Source: an uncultured Clostridia bacterium (GTDB taxonomy: Bacteria > Bacillota > Clostridia > Oscillospirales > Acutalibacteraceae). From it: a stretch of DNA of 47,871 bases. The stretch spans positions 1 through 47,871 of the forward strand of contig CAMPBI010000001.1 of the NCBI GenBank assembly GCA_946637545.1, written 5' to 3'. Under the pieces are notes generated by a model, which ran no database searches, had not been told where the DNA came from, and saw only the letters and a list, made by a program, of their open reading frames with translations. Positions 20,213 through 29,147 of this stretch are shown one piece after another (the first letter of the stretch is position 1; each line of letters begins with the position of its first letter). Made by a program: the position numbers and the translations under genes.

Positions 20213-21259
20213 ATGATTTTTGGCATAATTTGCGAGTTTAATCCGTTTCACAGCGGGCACAAATACCTGATTGATTCTGTCAAAAATGACGGCGACGGCG
20301 TGATTTGTGTTATGAGCGGCAGCTTTGTTCAGCGAGGCGACGCTGCGGCGGCTGACAAATTTAAGCGCGCTGCTGCCGCGATAGACGGCGGTGCCGATTT
20401 GGTGCTTGAGCTTCCTACTCCCTGTGCGACACTTTCGGCGCAGGGGTTTGCAGAAAGCGGCGTAAGGCTGCTTGAAAAAACGGGAATCTGCGACAAAATT
20501 GCATTTGGCGCCGAATGCGACGACGTCGGTGCGCTGACGGCTGTTGCTGACGAAATAAAGGCGAAGGACAGCGAAATCAGGCAGGCGCTAAACGGCGGTA
20601 TGTCATACCCTGCGGCGAGGCGAAGCGTTGTTGATTCTCCCCTGCTCGACTCGCCGAACAATATTCTTGCAATTGAATATCTGACAGCGACGCGCCTTCC
20701 TGCCGTGGCGGTAAAGCGAATCGGCGGCGGTCACGACAGCAACGACAGTCAGTACAGCGCGAGCGCTATCAGAGAGAATATGACTGATAAAGCGACGCTC
20801 AAAAACTGCGAAAGAGCTGTATTATATAAGTTAAGGACTATGAACGCCGGCGATTTTGCGGCGATTGACGACGTGAGTGAAGGGCTTGAAAACAGAATTG
20901 CCGAGGCAGTTAAAACTGCTACGAGTCTTGACGAGCTTTACGACAGCATAAAAACAAAGCGCTACACACACGCGCGAATACGCAGGGTTATTCTGCGTGC
21001 ATTTTTGGGAATAACAAAAGACACCGACAAAAAGCCGCGCTATCTGCGTGTGCTTGCAATGAACGAGCGCGGAAAAGAAATGCTGGGCGAGATAAAAAAG
21101 AACGGAACTCTGCCGATTGTCACGGGCTATAAGGACGCCAAAAGGCTTGGCGGCGCAGCGCTCCTTCAATTTGAAAATGAGTGCAGGTACTCTGACCTCT
21201 TTGCACTCTGCACGCCGGACGTTTTGCCCTGTGAGAGCGACAAAACTCACAAGCTATAA
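20213..21259 (+). CDS. tmcAL: tRNA(Met) cytidine acetate ligase (YlbM/TmcAL, HIGH-type nucleotidyltransferase)
   Basis: Motifs GIICEFNPFHSGH, MSGSFVQRG, PNNILAIEY, SASAIR and KTKRYTHARIRR. Divergent from ackA, as commonly seen in Clostridia. Confidence 0.9.
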   Translation: MIFGIICEFNPFHSGHKYLIDSVKNDGDGVICVMSGSFVQRGDAAAADKFKRAAAAIDGGADLVLELPTPCATLSAQGFAESGVRLLEKTGICDKIAFGAECDDVGALTAVADEIKAKDSEIRQALNGGMSYPAARRSVVDSPLLDSPNNILAIEYLTATRLPAVAVKRIGGGHDSNDSQYSASAIRENMTDKATLKNCERAVLYKLRTMNAGDFAAIDDVSEGLENRIAEAVKTATSLDELYDSIKTKRYTHARIRRVILRAFLGITKDTDKKPRYLRVLAMNERGKEMLGEIKKNGTLPIVTGYKDAKRLGGAALLQFENECRYSDLFALCTPDVLPCESDKTHKL

Positions 21260-21344
21260 TTCAATTTACATTTTACCCTTTATTTCTTGGCAAAATTGTG
21301 TTATTATATATTAGTATAGAAAAATTTTGATTAGGACTGTTATT

Positions 21345-22265
21345 ATGCCGTTAAATTTTCTTGAAATCACATTTCAATTCAGGTATTTCAAAAACCTCGG
21401 CAACACGATAATCGACTATTTCAATCAGATTAAAGGTCTGTTCGGCTCGTTCGGGGTCATTGATTTAATCGATATTCTGTTTGTTGCCATTGTTTTGTAT
21501 GCCGTTATCAGAATCATCCGCGAAACGCGCGCAATGCAGCTTGTTAAAGGAATTGTTTTCTTTATTGCGCTGTACTTTGTTGTAAGCTTTCTCGGAATGA
21601 GCGCGTCAAGCTACATTTTCAAAGAGATTTTCTCGAACATTCTGATTATTATTGTAATCCTGTTCGGACCCGAAATCAGAAACATCCTTGAGCAGATGGG
21701 CAAGGGTGCTGCAAGAAGCAGCCTTAAATCCATTTTGCAGTCGGGTGTGGCGCTTGAGGTTGGCGACCTCAAAAAAGCGATTGACGCCGTATGCAAGGCG
21801 TGCGCAAATATGAGCGACGACAAAATCGGTGCGCTGATAGTTTTTGAAAATGAAACTATGCTGGGCGAAATCATTTCAAGCGGCACGCTGCTTGACGCAA
21901 AGCCAACGCGCGAGCTGATTGAAAACGTCTTTTTCCCGAAATCACCGCTGCACGACGGCGCTATGATTATAAGAGGCTCGCAGGTTTACGCTGCAGGCTG
22001 TATTCTGCCGCTGACGCGCGACAACGTGTCGTCATCGCTTGGCACACGCCACCGCGCAGCAATCGGCGTAACGCAGGAAAGCGACGCAATCGTTGTTGTT
22101 GTCAGCGAGGAGACGGGCTACATCTCTGTTGCTGAAAACGGAACGCTGCGCCAGAACCTTTCATCGGGCGAGCTTCGCGACATACTTGAAAGTCAGTTTA
22201 TTCCTTCTGACGGCAAATCAGATGACAAAATCATCAGACGACTGATAAGGAGGATTAAAAAGTAA
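21345..22265 (+). CDS. cdaA: Diadenylate cyclase CdaA
   Basis: N-terminal transmembrane helices and the DAC motifs PLHDGA, LGTRHRAA and VVSEETG. Confidence 0.95.
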   Translation: MPLNFLEITFQFRYFKNLGNTIIDYFNQIKGLFGSFGVIDLIDILFVAIVLYAVIRIIRETRAMQLVKGIVFFIALYFVVSFLGMSASSYIFKEIFSNILIIIVILFGPEIRNILEQMGKGAARSSLKSILQSGVALEVGDLKKAIDAVCKACANMSDDKIGALIVFENETMLGEIISSGTLLDAKPTRELIENVFFPKSPLHDGAMIIRGSQVYAAGCILPLTRDNVSSSLGTRHRAAIGVTQESDAIVVVVSEETGYISVAENGTLRQNLSSGELRDILESQFIPSDGKSDDKIIRRLIRRIKK

Positions 22266-23542
22266 TGGCTGAAAACAGAAAGAATTTTTCAATCAGGCGA
22301 ATGATATTTAACGACAAATATCTGATTATCACCTCGCTTATTCTCGCGGTGCTGGTGTGGATTGTCACCTCGCTAAACATAGGAACCGACGAAAACAAAA
22401 CTATCAAGGTCAGTGTGCCTATCAGCCTTGGCGACGAGGTATCCGAGCAGCTCGGAATGCAGTATTACACTCTGCAGGACGCAATTGATTTGAGTGTTAC
22501 AATCACCGGCGCAAAATACGTTATAGGTCAGGTGACCGAGGACGACCTCAACATCAAATTTGATACAAGCAATGTTACCCGTGCCGGCGAGCAGAGTATT
22601 CCGATTCTTGTAACGAAGGCGGCGAGCACGCTTGATTTTACGGTGACGAACACCTATCCGTCATCGGTTGACGCATACTTTGATGTCAACGAGGAAAAGA
22701 CCTTTGATTTGTATCTTGAATACGACGAGTCCGCGGTTGAGGAGGGTTACACCTTCGGAACGCCTGTACTCGGCGACGACAAGATTGTTGTAAGCGGTCC
22801 GCAGACATATGTGGACAAAATTGACAAGGCTGTTGTGGCAGTCGAATTCCCCGAAAATACAAAGCTCACAGAGCCGTTCAGCACTCGCTGCGACATTTCA
22901 TTCAAGGGCACGGGAGTTGAGGCGAGCTACCTTAAATGCACTCCAAAAAATGACCCGAAAACAAAAATCTCAAATGTTGCGGTAACGCTGCCTGTACTCA
23001 AGGAAACACGACTTCCCGTTTCGGTCAGCATTGACGACAAGCCAAGCGGAATCAAGGACAGCGACATCAGCATTTCGTACAGCGTTGACGAAATCGACGC
23101 AGGCGTTCTTGCCAGCGCAAGCATCAAGCGCGCCGATATCGGAAGTATCAGCTTTGCCGACCTTGAAAGCGGTACTAATAAATTCAGCATTGACGTCACA
23201 AATCTTGAGGGAATCACAATTCTTGACGAAGACCTCAAAACGATTGACGTTACAGTCGTTTTAAGCGGTGACTACACCAAAAAGACTGTAACGCTTGACC
23301 CTTCTGATATAAGCATTGCAGGCGTTCAAAAAGGCTCGTCAGCCGAGCTATCGAACTTGAGCAGCAGGACTGTTACCATTTATCTGCCCTCTGACGACAA
23401 GGACGACAAAATAACGCTTGACCCAAAATGCGATCTCGGCGACAATGCTGAAAGCGGCACCTATCCCCTCACCTTCACGGTAAAGGGCAATTCATCAGCG
23501 TGGGTTTACGGCACATATACCGTTGATGTAGCAATCAAGTAA
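22265..23542 (+). CDS. cdaR: CdaR/YbbR-like regulator of CdaA
   Basis: One N-terminal transmembrane helix (SLILAVLVW) and beta-rich repeats (VTITG, IVVSGP). Overlaps the cdaA stop codon. Confidence 0.8.
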   Translation: MAENRKNFSIRRMIFNDKYLIITSLILAVLVWIVTSLNIGTDENKTIKVSVPISLGDEVSEQLGMQYYTLQDAIDLSVTITGAKYVIGQVTEDDLNIKFDTSNVTRAGEQSIPILVTKAASTLDFTVTNTYPSSVDAYFDVNEEKTFDLYLEYDESAVEEGYTFGTPVLGDDKIVVSGPQTYVDKIDKAVVAVEFPENTKLTEPFSTRCDISFKGTGVEASYLKCTPKNDPKTKISNVAVTLPVLKETRLPVSVSIDDKPSGIKDSDISISYSVDEIDAGVLASASIKRADIGSISFADLESGTNKFSIDVTNLEGITILDEDLKTIDVTVVLSGDYTKKTVTLDPSDISIAGVQKGSSAELSNLSSRTVTIYLPSDDKDDKITLDPKCDLGDNAESGTYPLTFTVKGNSSAWVYGTYTVDVAIK

Positions 23543-23568
23543 CATCATAATTCTTTATAAAGACATTA

Positions 23569-23604
23569 AAAATCACCGTAAGGCTTGCGCCTTACGGTGA
23601 TTTT
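23569..23604. terminator. Bidirectional intrinsic terminator
   Basis: AAAATCACCGTAAGGC-ttgc-GCCTTACGGTGATTTT. Confidence 0.85.
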
Positions 23605-23612
23605 GTGTTTTG

Positions 23613-25193
23613 TTAATATGCTTTTATAATGTTTTTAATCATTGTTATATCACGCTTTGTACTGATTGTACCGGGTGACTTGTACTCTACAAGCGCGGCA
23701 GGAATTTTCAATTTTGCATTTACCCAGCCGATAATATAGCCCTCGTTATAGGCGTAAGCTCCGATGTACTTTGAAAAGCCCTGTGCCTTATTAATGATTT
23801 TGCTCAGGCTGTAACTGCCCATCGACTCATTGAGCCAGCCGTGCATATTGAGATACACATTCGGCTTGCTCTTTTTGATAAAGTCGCGCAGCTTGCGTGA
23901 TTCAACTGCTCTGAACTTTACAAAATCCCTGTTCATATCAACGTGCTTTGCGGTGCATCTGCCAAAGGCAGTGGCGCAGGCGCGTTGATTGTTTTTGCCT
24001 GCGATTGTGCCGTCAGGATTTGCGCAGGGCACGATTACAAGCCGATATTCGCCGAGAAGGTCGGAATGGAAGGTAAAGTACTTAATCAGCTTGTTAGCCT
24101 CTTCTACAAGCTTTTTGCCGTCGCGGGCGTAGCTGTCCTCAAAGCCGTGAACGGCAAAATCCATAAACAGAGTTTTTTTGTATTTGCCCGTGCTCTTGTT
24201 TGTGATAATGTACGCCTCAAGCATACGCTTTTGCACCGAGGTACCGTACCTGACGCGCTGCACGTGCGCCTGGTCAAGCGCGAGCTGCGCGGAATTGCAG
24301 TTGAGATTGAGCGCATTGTCAACAACAGTCAGCTTTTGTGTTGCAAAAACATTTTCGTACTTTGTTTTGACTGTCACCGTGGCGCTACCCGTCCTGACGC
24401 CGGTCACATAACCCGAGGCGTCAATTTTAGCAAGCTTTTTGTCAGATGACACAAAGGTTATTTTGCCAAAATCGCCGGCAGGTGCGGTCTTGTAAAGAAT
24501 TTTGTGGATATTCGCGCCCTTTTGAATTTTAGTATTTTTTGAGGTTATCGTGAGCTTTGGCGTCGATTTCATAAATGTTACAGTGCAGGAGTCAGTGAGG
24601 TTGTTGTACGACCTGACGGTAACAGTAACTGTGCCGGTGGTCTTTGCCCTCACGATTCCCTTGCTGTCGACAGTGGCAATGCTGCTGTCTGACACCGAAA
24701 ATTCGCGTGAATAAGAGTATCCGCCCTTGATTTTTGAATCAAAATCAAAGGTATCATTTTTGCCGAGCGCAAGGCTGTGGGCATTCAGAATAATCTGCGC
24801 GGGTGCTTTTTTGACCGTGATATTAATTGTTGATGACACTGTATGCTCAACAGTTTGCGGCTCTTCGCCCTCGTTGCCTTCAACCTCTTCGTAGTAGTGA
24901 CGTGTAATCTGAACAGCGCCGTTGCCCACATCAACGCCTTCGGCAAGTCCGCCGCCCGTTACAACGACAGCCGACTCGTTTTCGGACAAAAAGGTGTACT
25001 CGTTTTCGTCCCTGTCGGCGTCGGCAATTAAGTCATATAGGTTAACAATCTCGCCGTCACCGATAGTGATTGCCGTCTTTTTAAGCGACACCTCAACCTC
25101 CTCGCCGTCCGCGGCAAGCGCTGAAAGCGACGGAAGCAATATAAATACAAATAGAATTAAAGATGCTGTGATTTTAAATAATTTAGATTTCAA
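23613..25193 (-). CDS. Secreted Ig-like (Big_2) repeat protein with a C-terminal M14 zinc peptidase domain (gamma-D-Glu-mDAP peptidase-like)
   Basis: Signal peptide and about 3 Big_2 repeats (SDSSIATVDSKG, SSDKKLAKIDASG). M14 motifs HGFE, NPDG, NRDF, HGW and a late catalytic Glu (VEY). Confidence 0.8.
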   Translation of the reverse strand: MKSKLFKITASLILFVFILLPSLSALAADGEEVEVSLKKTAITIGDGEIVNLYDLIADADRDENEYTFLSENESAVVVTGGGLAEGVDVGNGAVQITRHYYEEVEGNEGEEPQTVEHTVSSTINITVKKAPAQIILNAHSLALGKNDTFDFDSKIKGGYSYSREFSVSDSSIATVDSKGIVRAKTTGTVTVTVRSYNNLTDSCTVTFMKSTPKLTITSKNTKIQKGANIHKILYKTAPAGDFGKITFVSSDKKLAKIDASGYVTGVRTGSATVTVKTKYENVFATQKLTVVDNALNLNCNSAQLALDQAHVQRVRYGTSVQKRMLEAYIITNKSTGKYKKTLFMDFAVHGFEDSYARDGKKLVEEANKLIKYFTFHSDLLGEYRLVIVPCANPDGTIAGKNNQRACATAFGRCTAKHVDMNRDFVKFRAVESRKLRDFIKKSKPNVYLNMHGWLNESMGSYSLSKIINKAQGFSKYIGAYAYNEGYIIGWVNAKLKIPAALVEYKSPGTISTKRDITMIKNIIKAY

Positions 25194-25260
25194 CGGTATT
25201 CCTCCAAATAATGCTGTTATTATTATAATACAAGGAACGCGTTATTTCAATAATTTTGGC

Positions 25261-25296
25261 AAAAAAATAAAGGCAGTTTAACTGCCTTTATTTTTT
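25261..25296 (-). terminator. Intrinsic terminator after the E2-like gene
   Basis: AAAAAATAAAGGCAGT...ACTGCCTTTATTTTTT. Confidence 0.8.
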
Positions 25297-26215
25297 ATTT
25301 CCATTCATGAATTACTGACGGATTTGCGAAAATTTCGTCGAGCTTCTGAACAAACGGAACGACATCGCCGTAATCAAGCGCCTTGTGGTCAAACGCAAGT
25401 GTAATAGGCATTACGGTGCCGACCCCGATAGTTTCGTTGCCGTCGGCGTCAGTCATAACAACAGGTCTGCGCTGCGCGGCGTTAATCGCGATTGCTGCAA
25501 CCTGCGGCGGCACAATTTCAAGGAGAGTGCACTCGCCGCGATACGGACGGTAAATTGAGCCGAGGTTTGTGATTGTGATTGTACCCTGCTCGATGTCGTG
25601 CTTTGTAAGTCGCTCTGTAGTCGGGATAGAATAATAATCTTTCTTTGCCTTGCCCTTGAGTGTACGCACCTTGTGCTTGCCCGTTTTTGAGCCGACAAGA
25701 CGGTTGATTGTCTGCGAAATCTTGCCCTTTTTGAGAGCTGTGAGAGTGTTGTCAAGCGATACCTCGAACATAACCTCGTTCAAATCGGTATTCTTTGCCT
25801 TGCGTGCTGCCTCGTGAATAGCGGCAGTCATTTCAGACATCGTTTTGTTGCCCATATCGTGCATATTAATCGTCATCATTTCGCCGTTTGGCAAAATCAT
25901 AGGCATACTGACATCAACATGGTCATAGGTTCTGAGGCAGCCGCGTACAAGCTTGCGGCTGAACTCAAGATGAGCGTTAAGTTTGGGGGCTGCTTTGAGT
26001 CCCTCGCAGATAACACGAAGCATTACGGTATTGATAGTAATCTTCTTTTTCGGGTCGGTGTTGCCCTCGTTAAGCTTTTTGCACTCTTTCATAAACTCGG
26101 TAACGTCCGGCTCGTAATTCATAACTGCGTGAGGGATAGTTTCCCACGATTCTGCAGTCATATTACTTACAATTTTTCTGGCGATACCGAAATGGGTTTC
26201 ACTGCTAAGTGCCAT
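25295..26215 (-). CDS. Stand-alone 2-oxoacid dehydrogenase E2-type (CAT-fold) acyltransferase catalytic domain; no lipoyl or E1/E3-binding domain
   Basis: Motifs RKIVS-x-M, TIPH, P-x-LNA, GTITITNLGS, PPQVA and ITLAFDHKALD (variant of DHRxxDG). Only 306 aa. Confidence 0.85.
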   Translation of the reverse strand: MALSSETHFGIARKIVSNMTAESWETIPHAVMNYEPDVTEFMKECKKLNEGNTDPKKKITINTVMLRVICEGLKAAPKLNAHLEFSRKLVRGCLRTYDHVDVSMPMILPNGEMMTINMHDMGNKTMSEMTAAIHEAARKAKNTDLNEVMFEVSLDNTLTALKKGKISQTINRLVGSKTGKHKVRTLKGKAKKDYYSIPTTERLTKHDIEQGTITITNLGSIYRPYRGECTLLEIVPPQVAAIAINAAQRRPVVMTDADGNETIGVGTVMPITLAFDHKALDYGDVVPFVQKLDEIFANPSVIHEWK

Positions 26216-26285
26216 ATTTTTCCTCCATTAATAGACAGATTTTTACATAAATGTTTACTATATAATAATAACACAGACTTATATA

Positions 26286-27731
26286 TCAAGTCAAGTTATT
26301 CTTATTTTTGCGACGCTCGTTGATATTTTCCTTGATTTCATCGCGCTTTTCGGTGATTTTGTCGTGGATTATTTCGCGGTCATCCTTGAGCCTTTCCTTA
26401 AGCACGGTGGTGAGGCGCTTTGCCTCATCCGACGTGAACGGTTCCTCGTTAAAACGACGCTTGTATTCAAGAATCAGATGCGGACGAAAACGCGGATGCG
26501 CAATCATAATCAGCGCCTTTGCGCGCTCCTTGAGCGTTTTGCCCTTTAGCTGCGCGATGCCGTACTCGGTTACAACATAGTTGACATCGTTTCGCGGAGT
26601 GGTGACAGCACTGCCCTCGGTGATGAGGGGCACAATGCGGCTGACAGTTCCCTTGCGTGCAGTTGAAGGCATTGCGATAATTGAGCGCCCGCCCCTGCTC
26701 ATTGTGGCGCCCCGCACAAAGTCCACCTGTCCGCCGACAGCTGAAAACTGCGACAGACCGATTGTGTCGCTGACAACCTGACCGAGCAGGTCAACCTGTA
26801 TGCACGAGTTGATAGAAACCATATTGTCGTTTTTGGCAATTTCAATCGGGTTGTTTACATAGTCAATCGGGTGCATTTCAACTGCAGGGTTGTTGTTAAT
26901 GTAAGCGTTAAGCTTTTTTGAGCCAAAGGCAGCGCCGAGAACGGTGCGTCCCCTGTTTGCAGTTTTGAGTTTGTTGTTGATTACGCCGCTTTCAAGCAGG
27001 TCGACAACTCCGTCGCCGACAAGCTCGCTGTGCAGTCCGAGATTCTTTTTGTCAACAAGCTGCGCGCAGACAGCATTCGGGATTCCGCCAATGCCGAGCT
27101 GAAGGCAGTCGCCGTCCTTGATTAGTGACGCGCAGTGCCTGCCGATTTCCATTTCGACATCCGAAATGTTAACTGTTTTAACTTCGGGAAGCGGCTCGTC
27201 AATTTCGACAAAGCAGGTAAAATCACGCACGTGCTTGATACTGTTGCCAAAGGTGCGCGGCATATTTTTGTTAACCTGCGCGATAACAATTTCGCAGTGG
27301 TCGGTTGTGCCCTTTGTGTAGTCGACAGTCGTGCCAAACGACACATAGCCGTGCTCGTCAGGCGGCGACACCATAACAAGCGACACGCGCGGGCAGATAT
27401 ATGTGCGGATTATTTCGGGAATTTCGTAAAAGTGCGAGGTGGTGAATTCGCTCGTACCGTCTGATATTGACGCCCTGTTTGACTGCGAGGCGAAAAGGCA
27501 GTTCAGCTTGAAATGCCCTTTCATTCTCGGCTCGCACCACGGGGAATCGCCGAGGGTAAGCATATTCACAATGGTGACGTCGTGATAATCTTCAAAGTGC
27601 TCAACCAGCGCTTTTTCAATGCCAAACGGCTCGCCGCAGCCAAAGCCGACAACGACTTTGTCGCCGTCGTGAATAAGCTTTATCGCCTCTTGAGCGGTGG
27701 TGAGTTTGCTTTCATAAATTTCTTTCCACAT
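26286..27731 (-). CDS. Acetyl-CoA hydrolase/transferase family (4-hydroxybutyrate/butyryl-CoA transferase-like)
   Basis: Motifs SPPDEHGY, LQLGIGGIPNA, HSE (catalytic Glu), GGQVDFVRGA, TPRNDVNYVVTEYGIA and IAHPRFR. Start placed at ATG 27731. Confidence 0.9.
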   Translation of the reverse strand: MWKEIYESKLTTAQEAIKLIHDGDKVVVGFGCGEPFGIEKALVEHFEDYHDVTIVNMLTLGDSPWCEPRMKGHFKLNCLFASQSNRASISDGTSEFTTSHFYEIPEIIRTYICPRVSLVMVSPPDEHGYVSFGTTVDYTKGTTDHCEIVIAQVNKNMPRTFGNSIKHVRDFTCFVEIDEPLPEVKTVNISDVEMEIGRHCASLIKDGDCLQLGIGGIPNAVCAQLVDKKNLGLHSELVGDGVVDLLESGVINNKLKTANRGRTVLGAAFGSKKLNAYINNNPAVEMHPIDYVNNPIEIAKNDNMVSINSCIQVDLLGQVVSDTIGLSQFSAVGGQVDFVRGATMSRGGRSIIAMPSTARKGTVSRIVPLITEGSAVTTPRNDVNYVVTEYGIAQLKGKTLKERAKALIMIAHPRFRPHLILEYKRRFNEEPFTSDEAKRLTTVLKERLKDDREIIHDKITEKRDEIKENINERRKNKNNLT

Positions 27732-27865
27732 AAATTTTCCTCTTAATATACTTAAAATAGTACAATTTAGTTCAATTTTAATATAACATATCACGAGTAT
27801 CAAGTCAACAGTGACGGGAATAAAACGATTGTTTTGGTAAATCATAGTAACACGGAGGTGACAAT

Positions 27866-28042
27866 ATGACGTCAAAAGAATTGTTTTATGTGGAGGACGC
27901 GCTCGGTCACGAGCAGTACTTTCAGACAAAGTGCAGCGAGGTTGTGAATCAGCTGCAGGACAACGAGCTCAAAAACACCGTGCAGACAATGCAGGGCAAG
28001 CACAGAGAAATTTTTAACAGTTTTCTGAACACACTTAATTAA
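27866..28042 (+). CDS. Small spore-coat-associated helical protein (58 aa; absent from the ORF track)
   Basis: Translated by hand as MTSKELFYVEDALGHEQYFQTKCSEVVNQLQDNELKNTVQTMQGKHREIFNSFLNTLN. Strong GGAGGTG RBS; ends 9 nt before the Coat F gene. Confidence 0.8.
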   Translation: MTSKELFYVEDALGHEQYFQTKCSEVVNQLQDNELKNTVQTMQGKHREIFNSFLNTLN

Positions 28043-28051
28043 GGAGAAGCT

Positions 28052-28306
28052 ATGGACGACAGAAATTTAATGCAGGACATTTTACTGCTTGAAAAGGGTG
28101 CGTGCGACCTTTATATGCACGGCACTATTGAAAGCTCAAGCCAAAACATCAATCAGACCTTCAAAACAGCGCTCAACAGCTCGCTCACCCTTCAGGATGA
28201 CATCTACAAAAAGATGCAGCAAAAGGGCTGGTATCAGACCGAGCAGGCAGAACAGCAAAAGATTGATACTCTCAAGCAAAAGTTTGAAAATTCAAGTATG
28301 CAGTAA
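28052..28306 (+). CDS. Spore coat protein (Coat F domain)
   Basis: Pattern D-x-L-x2-EK...Y-x4-ESS...IYKKMQQKGWY. AAGGAG RBS. Confidence 0.82.
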   Translation: MDDRNLMQDILLLEKGACDLYMHGTIESSSQNINQTFKTALNSSLTLQDDIYKKMQQKGWYQTEQAEQQKIDTLKQKFENSSMQ

Positions 28307-28318
28307 GTATTGAATAGT

Positions 28319-28349
28319 AAAAAATCCGCCCTGACGGGCGGAATTTTTT
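28319..28349. terminator. Bidirectional terminator
   Basis: AAAAAATCCGCCC-tgac-GGGCGGAATTTTTT. Confidence 0.8.
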
Positions 28350-29142
28350 ATCCGAAAAACTTTATTAATCTGTCTTTATAATCAGGAGCTTCATCGTAGA
28401 CTGCGTGCCCGTAAGGCTCGCCGTACATATAGATTTCGCATCCTGTGATTTCGGCAATTTCGCGTGACGCGTCGCCCGAAAGCACCGCGTCATTTTCTGC
28501 TCCAAGCACAAGAATCGGGCATTTTATATTCCCTATTCTGTCAGTGACGTCAAAGCCGTCTGACGAGTGAGCGCAGGCTGCAAAGCGCAGCAGCTCCTCC
28601 TTTGTGCAGTCGCTCATCATATGGACGAGCATTTCGCCGTATTTTTGGGCAAAATCGCGAGAGTAAACTCCGGCGATGAAATCGCGGCAAAGCTCCTCGG
28701 TTTTGCCGTTTTCGGCAAGCCTGCACCATCTGCCCGTAACGTCTTTCGCAAGCGGGTGAAGCCTTGCGGCGCTTGAGCCAAGGACAAGCCCCGACACAAG
28801 CTCGGGATACTCAAGCGCAAGAATTTGCGCTATCATTCCGCCCTGCGAGGTGCCGAAAACATCGGCGTTTTTAATACCGATAATCTTCATTGCCGCCGCA
28901 ATATCTCTTGCCGTGTCAAAAACGGTAACGCCGGTTTGCATTTCCTCTCGCCTGTCAAACAGATAAACCGTGTGGCTTTCGTTAAAGCAGGAGTAGGCGT
29001 TTACGACTGCATTTGCAGAGAGCAAAACGCTCTTTATACTGAGTCCCGGGATAATCACAAGCGGTTTTTTACCGCTGCCGAAGGTGAGATATTTAATATG
29101 AGCGTCCGCAGCTTTTGCAGACAGAATTTTGTAATCAGTCAT
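28348..29142 (-). CDS. Alpha/beta hydrolase
   Basis: GTSQGG nucleophile elbow, the acid residue in GAEND, and His in GH. Confidence 0.88.
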   Translation of the reverse strand: MTDYKILSAKAADAHIKYLTFGSGKKPLVIIPGLSIKSVLLSANAVVNAYSCFNESHTVYLFDRREEMQTGVTVFDTARDIAAAMKIIGIKNADVFGTSQGGMIAQILALEYPELVSGLVLGSSAARLHPLAKDVTGRWCRLAENGKTEELCRDFIAGVYSRDFAQKYGEMLVHMMSDCTKEELLRFAACAHSSDGFDVTDRIGNIKCPILVLGAENDAVLSGDASREIAEITGCEIYMYGEPYGHAVYDEAPDYKDRLIKFFG

Positions 29143-29147
29143 AACAA

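Noticed and set aside
27818-27849. Sigma-G/sigma-F promoter (GAATA...CATAGTA) for the spore coat genes
   Set aside because: The boxes look plausible, but the 20-bp spacing is longer than the usual consensus, so it is not called.
26286-27929. Extended N-termini in the ORF track (CoA-transferase from 27929, tmcAL from 20072, ackA from 20148, peptide from 36899)
   Set aside because: The extensions run through promoters or opposite-strand genes. Downstream starts match family N-termini or have a better RBS.
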